In this document: piece after piece, positions 8,704 to 18,904 of the stretch
How the letters are laid out: every line of letters begins with the position of its first letter
Numbering within the stretch: position 1 is the first letter of the stretch
Source of the DNA: an uncultured Bdellovibrionales bacterium
Lineage (GTDB): Bacteria; Patescibacteriota; Minisyncoccia; Moranbacterales; UBA2206
NCBI GenBank assembly: GCA_964538685.1
Contig: CAZIFD010000001.1
Coordinates: 116,295 to 180,294 of the forward strand
Direction of reading: 5' to 3'
Length of the DNA stretch: 64,000 bases
Notes under the pieces: model-generated
Seen by the model: the letters and a program-made list of their open reading frames with translations, nothing else
Databases searched by the model: none
What the model was told of the DNA's origin: nothing
Position numbers and translations under genes: made by a program

Positions 8704-9666
8704 TTATTTTAATATTGAACCTAAAAAATCCGGGTAGCCGTTAAGAAATTCTTTAATTTTAGTCTTGTTTTTTCCTTCCAACTGGACTTCTTCAAGAATA
8801 ATGAATCCTTTTCCGGTTTTAACTAAAACATCAGTATTATTCATAAACACTTCCCCGATATGTTTTTTGTTTTGCGTTTCGTTTTCCTCTAATCTCAAGG
8901 AAAGAATTTTCAGTCTTCTGATTGCGCCGTCTTTTTCCCAATAAGAGAAAATTCCTGGCCAAGGACTGAGTGCACGATATTGATTGTATATTTCTTCGGC
9001 TTTTTGGCTCCAAATAATTTTGCCGTCCGATTTTTCAATTAATTGGCAAAAAGTGGCATTTTTTTCATCTTGTTTCTGAGGAATTATTTTTTTTTCAATC
9101 CAAAGAGGGATGGTCTTTATGAGTAAATCAGAAGAAATAAGGGACAGTTTTTTTGATAATTCTTCTTGGGATTCATCTTTTTCAATAGTGATTTTTTCTT
9201 GGGAGAGAATATCACCACTGTCAATTTTTTCATTCATAAGCATAATAGTAGTTCCGGTTTCTTTTTTCCCTGAAAGCAAGGCATTTTGGATGGGTGAGGG
9301 ACCGCGAAAACAAGGAAGAAGAGACGGGTGAACATTGATTATGCCGAAAGTTGGAATTTCCAAAATTTTTTTGGGAATTATTTTTCCGTAGGCTACAATG
9401 ATAATCAGATCGGGGGATTGGCGTTTGATTTCTTCCGCAATTTCTTCGGAAAGTTTTTCCGGTTGAAAAACGGTCAAATTGTTTTTTTCGGCCACCTGTT
9501 TGACATTGCTTTTGGCAAGCTCCATTTTTCTTCCGGATTTTTTATCCGGCTGAGTAAAAACGCTGATAAGATTATATTTTTCCTTAATCAATCTCTCAAG
9601 GATTACCGAAGAAAATTCGGAAGTTCCCATAAAAATTGTTCTAAATTGAAGCGGTTGGGTTTCCAT
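8704..9666 (-). CDS. fmt: Methionyl-tRNA formyltransferase
   Basis: Formyltransferase N-domain (HPSLLPCFRGPSPIQ), immediately downstream of def. Classic def-fmt pair. Confidence 0.85.
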   Translation of the reverse strand: METQPLQFRTIFMGTSEFSSVILERLIKEKYNLISVFTQPDKKSGRKMELAKSNVKQVAEKNNLTVFQPEKLSEEIAEEIKRQSPDLIIIVAYGKIIPKKILEIPTFGIINVHPSLLPCFRGPSPIQNALLSGKKETGTTIMLMNEKIDSGDILSQEKITIEKDESQEELSKKLSLISSDLLIKTIPLWIEKKIIPQKQDEKNATFCQLIEKSDGKIIWSQKAEEIYNQYRALSPWPGIFSYWEKDGAIRRLKILSLRLEENETQNKKHIGEVFMNNTDVLVKTGKGFIILEEVQLEGKNKTKIKEFLNGYPDFLGSILK

Positions 9667-9679
9667 TTTTTATCTTTTC

Positions 9680-10111
9680 TTAATTTTTCCTGTCTTCAAT
9701 AGTGATGCCGTCCAAGTGGTCTATTTCGTGTTGAAAAGCTCTGGCTAAAAGACCTTCAGCCTGAATAATTTTTTTATTGCCTTTTCTGTCAAGAGCTTCC
9801 ACTTTGACTCGGTAGTGTCTTTTGACGGGAACAAAAATTTCCGGAAAAGACAAACAGCCTTCCTCTTCAATTTCTTTTTTCCAAGATTTGCTTTTGAGGA
9901 TGGGATTGATAAGAATGTGGGTTTGTCCGTCAAGTTTGACAATGCAAAGACGAACCGATTTTCCCACCTGAGGAGCAGCGATGCCAAGGCCGTTATTTTT
10001 TTCCATTGTTTCAAGCATTTCAAAAATCAATTCTTGAATTTCCGGACTTGTTGGGTCTTTTATGAGAGTGGTTTTTTTGTTGAGTATGGGATCAGGATAG
10101 AGAATAAGCAT
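9680..10111 (-). CDS. def: Peptide deformylase
   Basis: Motifs GLGIAAPQVG, EGCLSFP, HEIDHLDG. Confidence 0.9.
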   Translation of the reverse strand: MLILYPDPILNKKTTLIKDPTSPEIQELIFEMLETMEKNNGLGIAAPQVGKSVRLCIVKLDGQTHILINPILKSKSWKKEIEEEGCLSFPEIFVPVKRHYRVKVEALDRKGNKKIIQAEGLLARAFQHEIDHLDGITIEDRKN

Positions 10112-10119
10112 AATATTTT

Positions 10120-12135
10120 TTAAATTAAAGTAATTGGATCAATGTCAATTATCCAGCCGGAAGGAAGTTGGCGAATAATTTTTTCAATTTCATCAGGAAG
10201 ATTTGATGAAAATTTGATTATAATTTGCAATCTATTTCTACTCCTGATTTTGGCAATGAGTGGCAAATGGGGAGGAGTCACGGAAATATCTTTTCGGGAA
10301 ATAGAGTCGTTTAATTTTTCAAAAATAATTTTTGTTTCCGTTTCTACTTTTTTCAGCGAATAATCCTGAAAAATAAGTTTGATTATTCTTCCAAAAGGCG
10401 GAAGCCGAAGCGGTTCTCTTTCTTTGATTTCGTTTTCAAAAAAAGCGGAGTAATTTTTTTCCGTAATCCATCGTAAAATTTGATTTTCCGGATGATAGGT
10501 TTGAACAAGAACAAGTCCTGGAAAACGAGCGCCGATTCGTCCGGAACGGCCGGCAACCTGAAGAATGTTTTGAAAAGCCTTTTCGTTAGTGTAAAGATCT
10601 GGAATAGAAAGCAAATTATCTGCATCTATAATACCAATTAGAGCCACTTGATGCAAATCCCAGCCCTTGGTAATCATTTGGGTTCCAATTAGAATATCCG
10701 ATTCACCATATTTGAATTCCTGGTAGATTTTTTCTTGAGAGTTCTTTTTTTGAGTAGTTTGGTTGTCAGCGCGGAGCGTTTTGGCGTTTGGAAAAAGGTC
10801 TTTGATTTCTTGTTCAACTTTTTGCGTGCCCAAACCGATATTTTTAAAGGAAATTCCTTGGCATTTTTGGCATTGAGGCAAAGCGTCAGTTTCAAAATGA
10901 CAGTGAAGACATTTGTAAAATCCCTGTTTTTCATAAACCAGCGCTCGGTCGCAATGAGGACAACGAAGCACTTCTTTGCAGTTCTCGCAAACTGAAAAGG
11001 AACTCATTCCTTGGCGATTGACGAACAAAATAATCTTTTGGCGATTTTTGAGAGCATAAGCGATTTCACTTTGGAGTTTGCGGGAAAGCGGGGAAGTGTT
11101 GGCAATTTTTCCGGAAAAACTTTTCCATTTTTCTTTTCTCATATCCACCAACTCTAAGGACAGTTTTCCGTTTTTCAGGCCCGGAACTTGAAGAGGAGGG
11201 AGAATAATAAATTTTAGTTTTTTCTTTTGGGCTTTCCAAAAAGTTTCCACTCGGGGAGTGGATGATCCAAGCACAAGTGAACAAGCGCAAATTTCGGAAA
11301 GTTGTTGTCCGATTGTTCTGGCATCATATCTCGGATTCATATCCCATTGTTTGAAAGACATATCTTGTTCTTCGTCAATAACAATGAGTTCTAAATTTTT
11401 GAACGGAGCGAACAGGGCCATTCTGGTGCCGATAATAATTTTGGCTTGACCGGATTTTATTTTTTGCCAAGACTCATAAAGTTGACCTTTGGAAATTTGG
11501 CTGGTGAGGACGACAATTTCTTCCGGGGGAAAATATCGGCCATATCTTTCAATTGCTTGCGGGGTAAGAATGAGTTCAGGAAGAAGAATCAAGGCTTGAG
11601 AGCGGGGATTTTTTCCCCTGATTTTCAAAATGGAATGAATATAAACTTCGGTTTTTCCTGAACCGCTTGGTCCAAAGAGTAAGAATTTTGATTTTTTTTT
11701 ATCTTCGCTTATTTTTTTGACGGCTGATTTTTGTTCTTGAGTCAGTTCTGTGGGAGTAAATTTTTCTGTCAGTTCCAAGTCCGGATTGGCTTTTCTTGGT
11801 TTTACTCTTTTTTGAACAAAAAATTTAAGCACAATTCCCAAGGAAGAGAAATAATAATCAGAAACAAAGTGAGCCAGTTCCAGTTGTTTTGGAGTAAGAA
11901 ATTTTTCTTCTAAAACTTCAGAAACTTTTTTTAATTCAAAATTTCCCAAGCGATGAAAATCATTTCTGGATTTAAGAACAATTCCTTCCACTTTTCTTTT
12001 GAAGAGCGGAATAGAAACCAGCGTTCCAGCAGGCAGTTTTTTTTCGTGCAAATAGGAAAAAGACTGATTTCGGGAAAGGGGAATCCGAGTGAGCGGAACA
12101 ATGTCCAGAATGTATTTTGGGGCTTTTTTCTTCAT
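10120..12135 (-). CDS. priA: Primosomal protein N' (PriA helicase)
   Basis: Walker A GPSGSGKTEVY, DEEQD box, Cys-rich zinc-binding insert (CENCKEVLRCPHCD...CLHCHFE...CQKCQG). 671 aa. Confidence 0.85.
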   Translation of the reverse strand: MKKKAPKYILDIVPLTRIPLSRNQSFSYLHEKKLPAGTLVSIPLFKRKVEGIVLKSRNDFHRLGNFELKKVSEVLEEKFLTPKQLELAHFVSDYYFSSLGIVLKFFVQKRVKPRKANPDLELTEKFTPTELTQEQKSAVKKISEDKKKSKFLLFGPSGSGKTEVYIHSILKIRGKNPRSQALILLPELILTPQAIERYGRYFPPEEIVVLTSQISKGQLYESWQKIKSGQAKIIIGTRMALFAPFKNLELIVIDEEQDMSFKQWDMNPRYDARTIGQQLSEICACSLVLGSSTPRVETFWKAQKKKLKFIILPPLQVPGLKNGKLSLELVDMRKEKWKSFSGKIANTSPLSRKLQSEIAYALKNRQKIILFVNRQGMSSFSVCENCKEVLRCPHCDRALVYEKQGFYKCLHCHFETDALPQCQKCQGISFKNIGLGTQKVEQEIKDLFPNAKTLRADNQTTQKKNSQEKIYQEFKYGESDILIGTQMITKGWDLHQVALIGIIDADNLLSIPDLYTNEKAFQNILQVAGRSGRIGARFPGLVLVQTYHPENQILRWITEKNYSAFFENEIKEREPLRLPPFGRIIKLIFQDYSLKKVETETKIIFEKLNDSISRKDISVTPPHLPLIAKIRSRNRLQIIIKFSSNLPDEIEKIIRQLPSGWIIDIDPITLI

Positions 12136-12235
12136 ATCTCAAGCATAGCATCTTTAGTCTAAATGGAAAATTGCTAAACCAAAGGAAAAATTGTAAAATT
12201 TAAAGACAATAAACTCAATACGGACCTTCTTTTTT

Positions 12236-12270
12236 GTGTCATTCCCACGAAAGCGGGAATGACAATGACA
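12236..12270. repeat. Copy of the dispersed GC-rich palindromic repeat (GTCATTCCCaCGAAAGCGGGAATGACAATGAC)
   Basis: Shares the ATTCCCGC...GCGGGAATGACAAT core with the copies at 47361-47520 and 61046-61077. The loop is inverted relative to the other copies. Lies in the divergent priA/GT26 intergenic region. Confidence 0.6.
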
Positions 12271-12292
12271 CTATCTTAATAATGACAAAAAT

Positions 12293-12985
12293 ATGGAAAT
12301 TTTAGGAATAAAAATAGACAATTTGGAGCGAGAAGAAATTCTTTCAAAAATAGAGAGTTTTTTAGATGAGCCGAAATTTCATCAAATTGCTACGATTAAT
12401 CCGGAATTTGTTCTTGAGGCTCAAAAAAACGAGCAATTTAAAAAAATTTTAAATGAATGTGATTTGAATGTAGCGGACGGATATGGTCTCAATCTGGCTT
12501 TTTGGTTAAGAGGGAAAAAACTCAAAAGCCGTTTTCCGGGAGCGGATCTTTTGCCGGAAATTCTAAGAATAGCTGAAAATAGAGGGTTGGTTGTTTTTTT
12601 GGCTTGCCGAAAAGATGGACTGTCCAGTTTTTCAGAGATTGAAAGAGCAATTTTGGAAAACTATCCGAAATTAAAATTGGAAGGCAAAAATATTGACATT
12701 AATGACAAACATTTAGAATTGTATGCTAAATATCAAATTATGATTTGCAACTTTGGTTCGCCTGAACAAGAAGCCTTTATTCAAAAACAAAAAAATGATA
12801 CAATGCGTTTAGCGATTGGCGTCGGTGGAGCGCTGGATTTTTTGTCAGGAAGAATCCAAAGAGCGCCAAATTTTTGGCGAAAAATAGGATTAGAATGGCT
12901 GTGGAGATTTATTCAAGAGCCGGGCTATCGCTGGAAGAGAATTTGGAGAGCGGTTGTGGTTTTCCCTATAAAATTAATTTTTTAA
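12293..12985 (+). CDS. WecG/TagA/CpsF-family (GT26) glycosyltransferase
   Basis: TINPEFVLEAQKN...VADGYGL...FGSPEQE...WRFIQEPGYRWKR is the typical GT26 pattern. Confidence 0.75.
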   Translation: MEILGIKIDNLEREEILSKIESFLDEPKFHQIATINPEFVLEAQKNEQFKKILNECDLNVADGYGLNLAFWLRGKKLKSRFPGADLLPEILRIAENRGLVVFLACRKDGLSSFSEIERAILENYPKLKLEGKNIDINDKHLELYAKYQIMICNFGSPEQEAFIQKQKNDTMRLAIGVGGALDFLSGRIQRAPNFWRKIGLEWLWRFIQEPGYRWKRIWRAVVVFPIKLIF

Positions 12986-13022
12986 ATTAAAATAATTTAG
13001 GAGAAATTATTTCAAAGTCATT

Positions 13023-13382
13023 ATGATGAATGAAATGCAAGCACAAGCAATGGATTTGAGCAATGAGCAAATAAAAGATGCTTGGGTTGAGTGTAGAAAA
13101 AAATTAGGGATGGAAAAAGAAGATAGCGAAAAATGCAATGCTAATTATATCCAAGGAATAGTTTCTTGGGCTGAAAATAAGCTAACTGAAACCTTTCTTG
13201 ATGAAAATATTAAAAAGGAAATACAAGGAGAAATAAACGATTTAATAAATAAAGTCAAATTGATAATTAAAAATAAAGGTGAATGCGACGGAGATATGGA
13301 AAATATTTCTGAATTGTGTGAACTGGCTTCGGACGCGGAAAATTTGGCCCAAGAAATTTTTGAATTAACTTATGAACAATAA
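13023..13382 (+). CDS. Hypothetical acidic protein
   Basis: 119-aa ORF overlapping the gltX start by 11 nt. No motif recognised. Confidence 0.4.
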   Translation: MMNEMQAQAMDLSNEQIKDAWVECRKKLGMEKEDSEKCNANYIQGIVSWAENKLTETFLDENIKKEIQGEINDLINKVKLIIKNKGECDGDMENISELCELASDAENLAQEIFELTYEQ

Positions 13383-14898
13383 TCAAAAAATCAGAACCAG
13401 ATTTGCGCCTTCCCCGACCGGCTATTTGCATATTGGAAGCCTAAGAACAGCGCTTTATGCTTATCTTTTTGCCAAAAAAAACGGCGGTGATTTCGGGCTT
13501 CGGATTGAAGACACTGACCGGAAAAGATATGTTCCCGGATCAGTGGAAAAATTGATTGAGTCTTTGGAATGGGCGGGACTGGAATATTCCGAAGGTCCTG
13601 TTTTGGAAAAAAAATCAGGATCCGCCGAATCAAAAAACTATCCAAAAGTTTTTGAAATTGGGGAGTATGGACCCTATTTTCAATCAGAACGCTTGGAAAT
13701 TTATCAAAAATACGCAATGGAATTGGTAGAAAAAGGACATGCCTATTATTGTTTTTGCGAACCGGAAAGGTTGGAGGAAGTGAGGAAACAACAGGCGACT
13801 GAAAAAAAACCTCCGATGTATGATCGCTATTGCCTTCACAATTTGAAACCGGAAGAGGTTAATCAAAAACTCAAAGAAAATTGTGCTTACACTATCCGAA
13901 TGAAAGTTCCCAGAGGAAAAATAATTGAAACTGATGATATTATCCGAGGCAAAGTCAAGTTTCAAACCGATCTTTTGGACGATCAAGTGCTTCTCAAGTC
14001 CGACGGCTTTCCAACTTATCATTTGGCCCATGTGGTGGATGATCACTTGATGAATTTCACTCATATTGTTCGGGGTGAAGAATGGTTGCCGAGCTTGCCA
14101 AAACATTTGTTGTTGTTTGAATTTTTCGGTTGGAAAGCGCCACGCTATGCTCATTTGCCCTTGCTTCTCAATCCTGACAAATCCAAACTTTCCAAAAGAC
14201 AAGGCGATGTGGCGGTGGAAGATTATGTAAAAAAAGGTTATTTAAAAGAAGCTATCATCAATTTCGTGGCTTTTTTAGGCTGGAATCCGGGAAAAGGGGA
14301 GACGCAGGAAATTTTTTCTTTTGAAGAACTCATCCAAAAATTTGAGTTGGAAAAAGTGCACAAAGCGGGAGCGGTTTTTGATCTTCAAAAACTGGATTGG
14401 CTCAATGGGCAATATATAAAGAAACTTTCCTTGGATGAACTTTATGAAAAAGCGTTGCCATTTTTAGAAAAGAAAGATTTTTTTGAAGAGGCTTCGGAAG
14501 CAAGAAAATCAGAAACTTATCTTAAAAAAGTTTTGGAAATTGAACAGGATCGCCTTTTGAAATTAACTGAGGCGGGGGAGAGTAATAGGTTTTTCTTTGA
14601 AGACATTAGTCCTAAAAAAGAAATGCTTCAGTGGAAAGAAATGACGGATGAAGAGCTCAAAGATTCTTTGCAAAAATCAAAAACCGTTTTGGAAAAAATT
14701 TCCGAAGAAGATTGGACACGGGAAAACTTGGAAAAATTGCTTTTGGAAGTGGCGGGTGACAAGCGGGGTGATTTGTTGTGGCCTCTTCGGGTGGCGCTTA
14801 CGGCCGAGAAAAAATCTCCGTCGCCTTTTGAAGTGGCTTGGGTTTTGGGCAAAGAAGAAAGTTTGGCAAGAATTGAGACGGCCTTGGCATTGATTTAG
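13372..14898 (+). CDS. gltX: Glutamyl-tRNA synthetase
   Basis: HIGH motif (PSPTGYLHIGSLRTAL), KMSKS-like KLSKR, class I catalytic domain layout. Confidence 0.9.
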   Translation: MNNNQKIRTRFAPSPTGYLHIGSLRTALYAYLFAKKNGGDFGLRIEDTDRKRYVPGSVEKLIESLEWAGLEYSEGPVLEKKSGSAESKNYPKVFEIGEYGPYFQSERLEIYQKYAMELVEKGHAYYCFCEPERLEEVRKQQATEKKPPMYDRYCLHNLKPEEVNQKLKENCAYTIRMKVPRGKIIETDDIIRGKVKFQTDLLDDQVLLKSDGFPTYHLAHVVDDHLMNFTHIVRGEEWLPSLPKHLLLFEFFGWKAPRYAHLPLLLNPDKSKLSKRQGDVAVEDYVKKGYLKEAIINFVAFLGWNPGKGETQEIFSFEELIQKFELEKVHKAGAVFDLQKLDWLNGQYIKKLSLDELYEKALPFLEKKDFFEEASEARKSETYLKKVLEIEQDRLLKLTEAGESNRFFFEDISPKKEMLQWKEMTDEELKDSLQKSKTVLEKISEEDWTRENLEKLLLEVAGDKRGDLLWPLRVALTAEKKSPSPFEVAWVLGKEESLARIETALALI

Positions 14899-14911
14899 TC
14901 AAAAAGATTTT

Positions 14912-16183
14912 ATGCAAGCAAAAACAAAAAAAATAAAATTTAATAATAAATTTTTTTTAACGGCAACTATATTATTGCTGATTATTTTTGTCCTTGGTTC
15001 GGAAAAAGTTTTTGGAGTTGATTATTATGCCAAATGCGACGGAATAACTGACAGCACTCAAAAGAAACAATGTGAAGCGGAAGCGGAAAAAGCTGAGGCT
15101 TATGAAAAAATGATCAAACTTAAAGAGAAGCAAGAAAAAACCATTACAGGAGAAATAGAGGCATTAAATGTTCAACAAGGGCAAACTCAAGCAGAAATAT
15201 CCAGTACAAAAAAAGAAGTTGAAAGTCTTTCGGAAAAAATAAAGAGCTTGGAAAGAGATATTAAAGACAGAGAAAAAGAAATAAAAAACAAAAAAGAAAT
15301 GCTCAAAGGATTGTTGCAATCGGATTATCAAAACAAGCAGTCGGGAATTTTTGAATTAGCGTTTTTGGATAATAATATTGATGGTCTTTTTAATCAATCT
15401 GATCAAATTAATCAATCAGGAGATAAGATTATTGAATTGATGAATGAAGTGGAGGAAGCTAAGAGTGAATTGGAAAAAAATAAAAACGATTTAGGTGACA
15501 AAAAAAGCGAACAGGAAAGTGCTAAAGAAAAATTAGAACAAAAAAATTTAAATTTGCAGAGCGTTGAAAACAAGAAACAAGTTCTTTTGGGGCAAACTCA
15601 AGCAGAAAAGGAAAAATACGAGAAACTTTTAGCAACGGTTGAAAATGAAATTTATGATTTGGAATCCGGAAAATCAGTTGACTATGGTAATATTCCGGCG
15701 GCTAAAGGGGGATATTTTGACTATCCAGTAGGCAGTCCATCGGTTACTCAGGGTTATGGCTGTCTCAAGACGGCTTTTGCCAGAAAATCCTACCCGTCCT
15801 GTGATGGTGGAAAAGGCGGATTTCATAATGGAATTGATTTTGGGAAAAATAGCGGAACAACAATTTATGCAGTGCGAAGCGGAAAGATTATCGGTTCGGG
15901 AAACAATGGACGCTATGCTTATGGGCAATGGTTGGCAATTGATCATGGTGATGGGCTGGTAACTCTTTATGGTCATCTCAGTAAAAAAAATGTTTCCAAG
16001 GGCGACAAGGTGAAAACCGGAGATAAAATTGGGGTAATGGGAACTACTGGATATTCAACTGGAGTTCATTTGCATTTTACTGTTTTTGATAAGAAAAGTT
16101 TTGGAACAACTGAATCCAAATATGTTGACGGATTGATGATTCCCAATGGTGCTTCGGTTAATCCGAATAGATATTTAAAATAA
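14912..16183 (+). CDS. M23-family peptidase with N-terminal TM and long coiled coil (EnvC-like)
   Basis: Coiled-coil region of about 200 aa, then M23 motifs HNGIDF...GHLS...HLHF. Confidence 0.75.
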   Translation: MQAKTKKIKFNNKFFLTATILLLIIFVLGSEKVFGVDYYAKCDGITDSTQKKQCEAEAEKAEAYEKMIKLKEKQEKTITGEIEALNVQQGQTQAEISSTKKEVESLSEKIKSLERDIKDREKEIKNKKEMLKGLLQSDYQNKQSGIFELAFLDNNIDGLFNQSDQINQSGDKIIELMNEVEEAKSELEKNKNDLGDKKSEQESAKEKLEQKNLNLQSVENKKQVLLGQTQAEKEKYEKLLATVENEIYDLESGKSVDYGNIPAAKGGYFDYPVGSPSVTQGYGCLKTAFARKSYPSCDGGKGGFHNGIDFGKNSGTTIYAVRSGKIIGSGNNGRYAYGQWLAIDHGDGLVTLYGHLSKKNVSKGDKVKTGDKIGVMGTTGYSTGVHLHFTVFDKKSFGTTESKYVDGLMIPNGASVNPNRYLK

Positions 16184-16506
16184 AAAATAAAGCGTTTTCC
16201 CTGAAGGCGGATTTTTATTACTCGCCTTTTTTGTTTTTTGAGATTGGGAGGGGAGAGAGAAGGTGTGAAAAATAGAAAGCAATAAATTAATTTATTTCAA
16301 AATAAAAAAAGTCATTTTTATGGTGAATAATATTGAGAGAAAATAAAATAGTTTAAAAAATAATTTATTAAACTTGGGGGAATAATAAAAAATAAGAATT
16401 GTTTATAAGATAAGATTGTTTTTTAAATTAAAAAATAAAAAATAATTTTTCAAGCTAATTATTTTTCAAAAAAATATAAGCTTGATTTCTGTGAGATTCA
16501 GAAATA

Positions 16507-16552
16507 AAAACGACCCTCAAAATTGAAGTGAGAGTCGTTTTTATTTTTTTAT
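16507..16552. terminator. GC hairpin flanked by A/T runs (AAAAACGACCCTC...GAGAGTCGTTTTTATTTTTTT), bidirectional terminator-like
   Basis: 10-bp stem with one mismatch and T-runs on both sides, in a 516-bp AT-rich convergent intergenic region. Confidence 0.4.
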
Positions 16553-16699
16553 ATAGATAGATGTATGTGTCTTTTGCAAAAGCTAATATCAACCAAGAAA
16601 CCAAAACAAGAAAACAGTAATGTCGCAAAAGATACCTTGTGCGACGCTTGGGATAGTTCTGAGGCTCTGCTTCCCCGCCGTTTATTTTTTTGAGTCGGT

Positions 16700-17251
16700 T
16701 TAGTGTTTGTTATATTCAGAAATAAATTTTATTGGTTCGGACCAATATTCCATCTTGGTGTTCTCTTTCTTTTCATCCAAGTATCCCGGCAAAACTCTTC
16801 CGTGAAACGGTCCGTGATAAATGGCAAAATGCAGATGTTCTTCTTCCCAGCCTCCATTCATCTCGCTCATTGATTTTCCGATTTCTCCAAGCATTTCTCC
16901 CATTTCAACGGCGTCCCCTTTTTTGACAAAGCGTTTTCCCAGATGACCATAAATTGAATAAAAAATATTTTTATTTTTCGGATTTTTATGGGCAACAATA
17001 ACCACGCCACCCCAATTGGATTTCAAAATTTTTCCGTCTTCGGAAATTTTGGCCGGATGCAATTTGGAATAAACAACAACTCCTTTGCCAATGGAAAAAA
17101 CTTTGGTTTCGTGAGGCAAATGAAAATCAACTCCCAAATGAATTCCCCAATCTTTTCCTTGAAAAAAACCTTGGTCGCGAAACTGATCGTCAATGTCATC
17201 TTTAAAATTTTCCACTGGATAAATCAATTTGTTGGCTTCTTTAATTTCCAT
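16700..17251 (-). CDS. M23-family peptidase
   Basis: HLGVDFH, GHLG and HLHFA motifs. 183 aa. Confidence 0.7.
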   Translation of the reverse strand: MEIKEANKLIYPVENFKDDIDDQFRDQGFFQGKDWGIHLGVDFHLPHETKVFSIGKGVVVYSKLHPAKISEDGKILKSNWGGVVIVAHKNPKNKNIFYSIYGHLGKRFVKKGDAVEMGEMLGEIGKSMSEMNGGWEEEHLHFAIYHGPFHGRVLPGYLDEKKENTKMEYWSEPIKFISEYNKH

Positions 17252-17266
17252 AGTTTTTTGATAGCT

Positions 17267-17653
17267 TTATTTTTTATGTTCAAAATCTTTAATGGCGGCT
17301 CGCAATCCGTCGGCGGCCAAATTAGAACAATGCATTTTGATTGGAGGCAAACCTTCCAAGGCTTCGGCTACATCATTGCGACTGATTTTTTTCGCTTCTT
17401 CCAGTTTCTTCCCTTTGGCCAATTCAGTAATCATTGAAGAAGTGGCAATGGCGCTGGCACAACCGAGGGTTTCAAATTTAATATCTTCTATGCTATCATT
17501 TTTAACCTTGATATAAATTTTCATTAAATCACCGCAAACCGGATTACCGACAATCCCCATTCCGGAAGCATTCTTGATCTTCCCTTGATTTCTGGGACGA
17601 GTGAAATGGTCAATAAGTTTTTTGGAATAATTCATAGAAATATTTTTTATCAA
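17267..17653 (-). CDS. iscU: Fe-S cluster assembly scaffold (NifU/IscU/SufU-like)
   Basis: Conserved cysteines (GNPVCGDLMKIY, TLGCASAIATSS, HCSNLAADG), directly downstream of a cysteine desulfurase. Confidence 0.8.
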   Translation of the reverse strand: MIKNISMNYSKKLIDHFTRPRNQGKIKNASGMGIVGNPVCGDLMKIYIKVKNDSIEDIKFETLGCASAIATSSMITELAKGKKLEEAKKISRNDVAEALEGLPPIKMHCSNLAADGLRAAIKDFEHKK

Positions 17654-18865
17654 TTATTTTTTATTTTCATAATAATCTTTTATTACATTGCCGGAAATTT
17701 TTCTCAAATCGGAAATTACTTTTTTGAGTGTTTGGACCACATAATCAATTTCTTTTTTGGTGGTATTTTTTCCCAATGTCAATCGCAATGATCCGTGGGT
17801 TTCTTCAGGCTTGAGACCAATAGACAGGAGGACATGAGAGGGTTCAAGCGATCCGGAAGAACAGGCTGAGCCGGTAGAAGCGGCGATGCCATATGCATCC
17901 AACATTAAAATCAGCGATTCTCCTTCCACATTCCTGAATCTGAAATTTGCATTATTGGGAGAGCGTTTTTTGGCATCACCATTTAGATTTGAATCGGGAA
18001 TTTCTTTCAAAACTTTTTTGATTAGATAATCCCTTGTTTCTGAGATTTTTCGGTTGTTCGCCGTTTGATTTTTCTTGATCATTGAAATCGCTTTTCCGAG
18101 TCCGACAATTCCCGGTACATTGTGAGTCCCGGCTCTTTTTCCGGATTCTTGTTCTCCTCCGGTTTGAACTTGGTCAATTGGAGTTTCTTTTTTCAAAAAC
18201 AAAACTCCTGTTCCTTTGGGTCCATAAATTTTGTGGGCGGAAATAGAAAGTAAATCAACGCCTAACTTTTGAACATCGCAATCAAAATAGTTGACAGCCT
18301 GAGTGGCGTCAGTGTGGAAAAGTATCGGCTGACTTTTTTTCCGATTTTCTTTTTTTAATATCTCCCCTATTTCTTGAATGGGTTGAACGGTGCCAATTTC
18401 ATTGTTAACATACATCACCGAAACTAAGATGGTATTTTTTTTGACGGCTTTAGCTATTCTTTGAGGATCAATTATGCCGTTTTTTTCCGGTTTGACGAAA
18501 CTCACTTCAATCAACCCTCTTTTTTCCAATTCTTGGCAAGTGTTCAAAACACAATGATGCTCAAAAGAACTGATGATGAGATGAGGTTTTTTTGAGCCGT
18601 TCTTTCCATATTTTTTTATTATGCCCCTGATGGCTAAGTTGTTGGATTCAGTGGCGCCACTGGTAAAGATAATTTCTTGTGGATTGCAATGCAAAAAATC
18701 AGCCACCAGACCCCGAGCCTTTTCAACAGCTTTCAGGGATTCTCTCCCGAAAGAATGAAGGCTCATCGGATTACCAAATTTTTCAAAGTAATAGGGTCGC
18801 ATTGCTTTTTCCACTTCCCTGTCTAGGGGTGTGGTGGCGGCATAATCCAAATATATTTTTTTCAT
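17654..18865 (-). CDS. iscS: Cysteine desulfurase (class V aminotransferase)
   Basis: PLP-lysine motif SAHKIYGPKG, active-site Cys loop SSGSACSSG. Confidence 0.85.
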   Translation of the reverse strand: MKKIYLDYAATTPLDREVEKAMRPYYFEKFGNPMSLHSFGRESLKAVEKARGLVADFLHCNPQEIIFTSGATESNNLAIRGIIKKYGKNGSKKPHLIISSFEHHCVLNTCQELEKRGLIEVSFVKPEKNGIIDPQRIAKAVKKNTILVSVMYVNNEIGTVQPIQEIGEILKKENRKKSQPILFHTDATQAVNYFDCDVQKLGVDLLSISAHKIYGPKGTGVLFLKKETPIDQVQTGGEQESGKRAGTHNVPGIVGLGKAISMIKKNQTANNRKISETRDYLIKKVLKEIPDSNLNGDAKKRSPNNANFRFRNVEGESLILMLDAYGIAASTGSACSSGSLEPSHVLLSIGLKPEETHGSLRLTLGKNTTKKEIDYVVQTLKKVISDLRKISGNVIKDYYENKK

Positions 18866-18904
18866 AAATATTTTTCGTTTCCGCCTAGGCGGAAATCCAG
18901 TCAG

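Noticed and set aside
13684-14202. 172-aa antisense ORF inside gltX
   Set aside because: Antisense to a high-confidence conserved gene. The same applies to 25160..25807, 56965..57510, 26971..27330 and 33511..33792.
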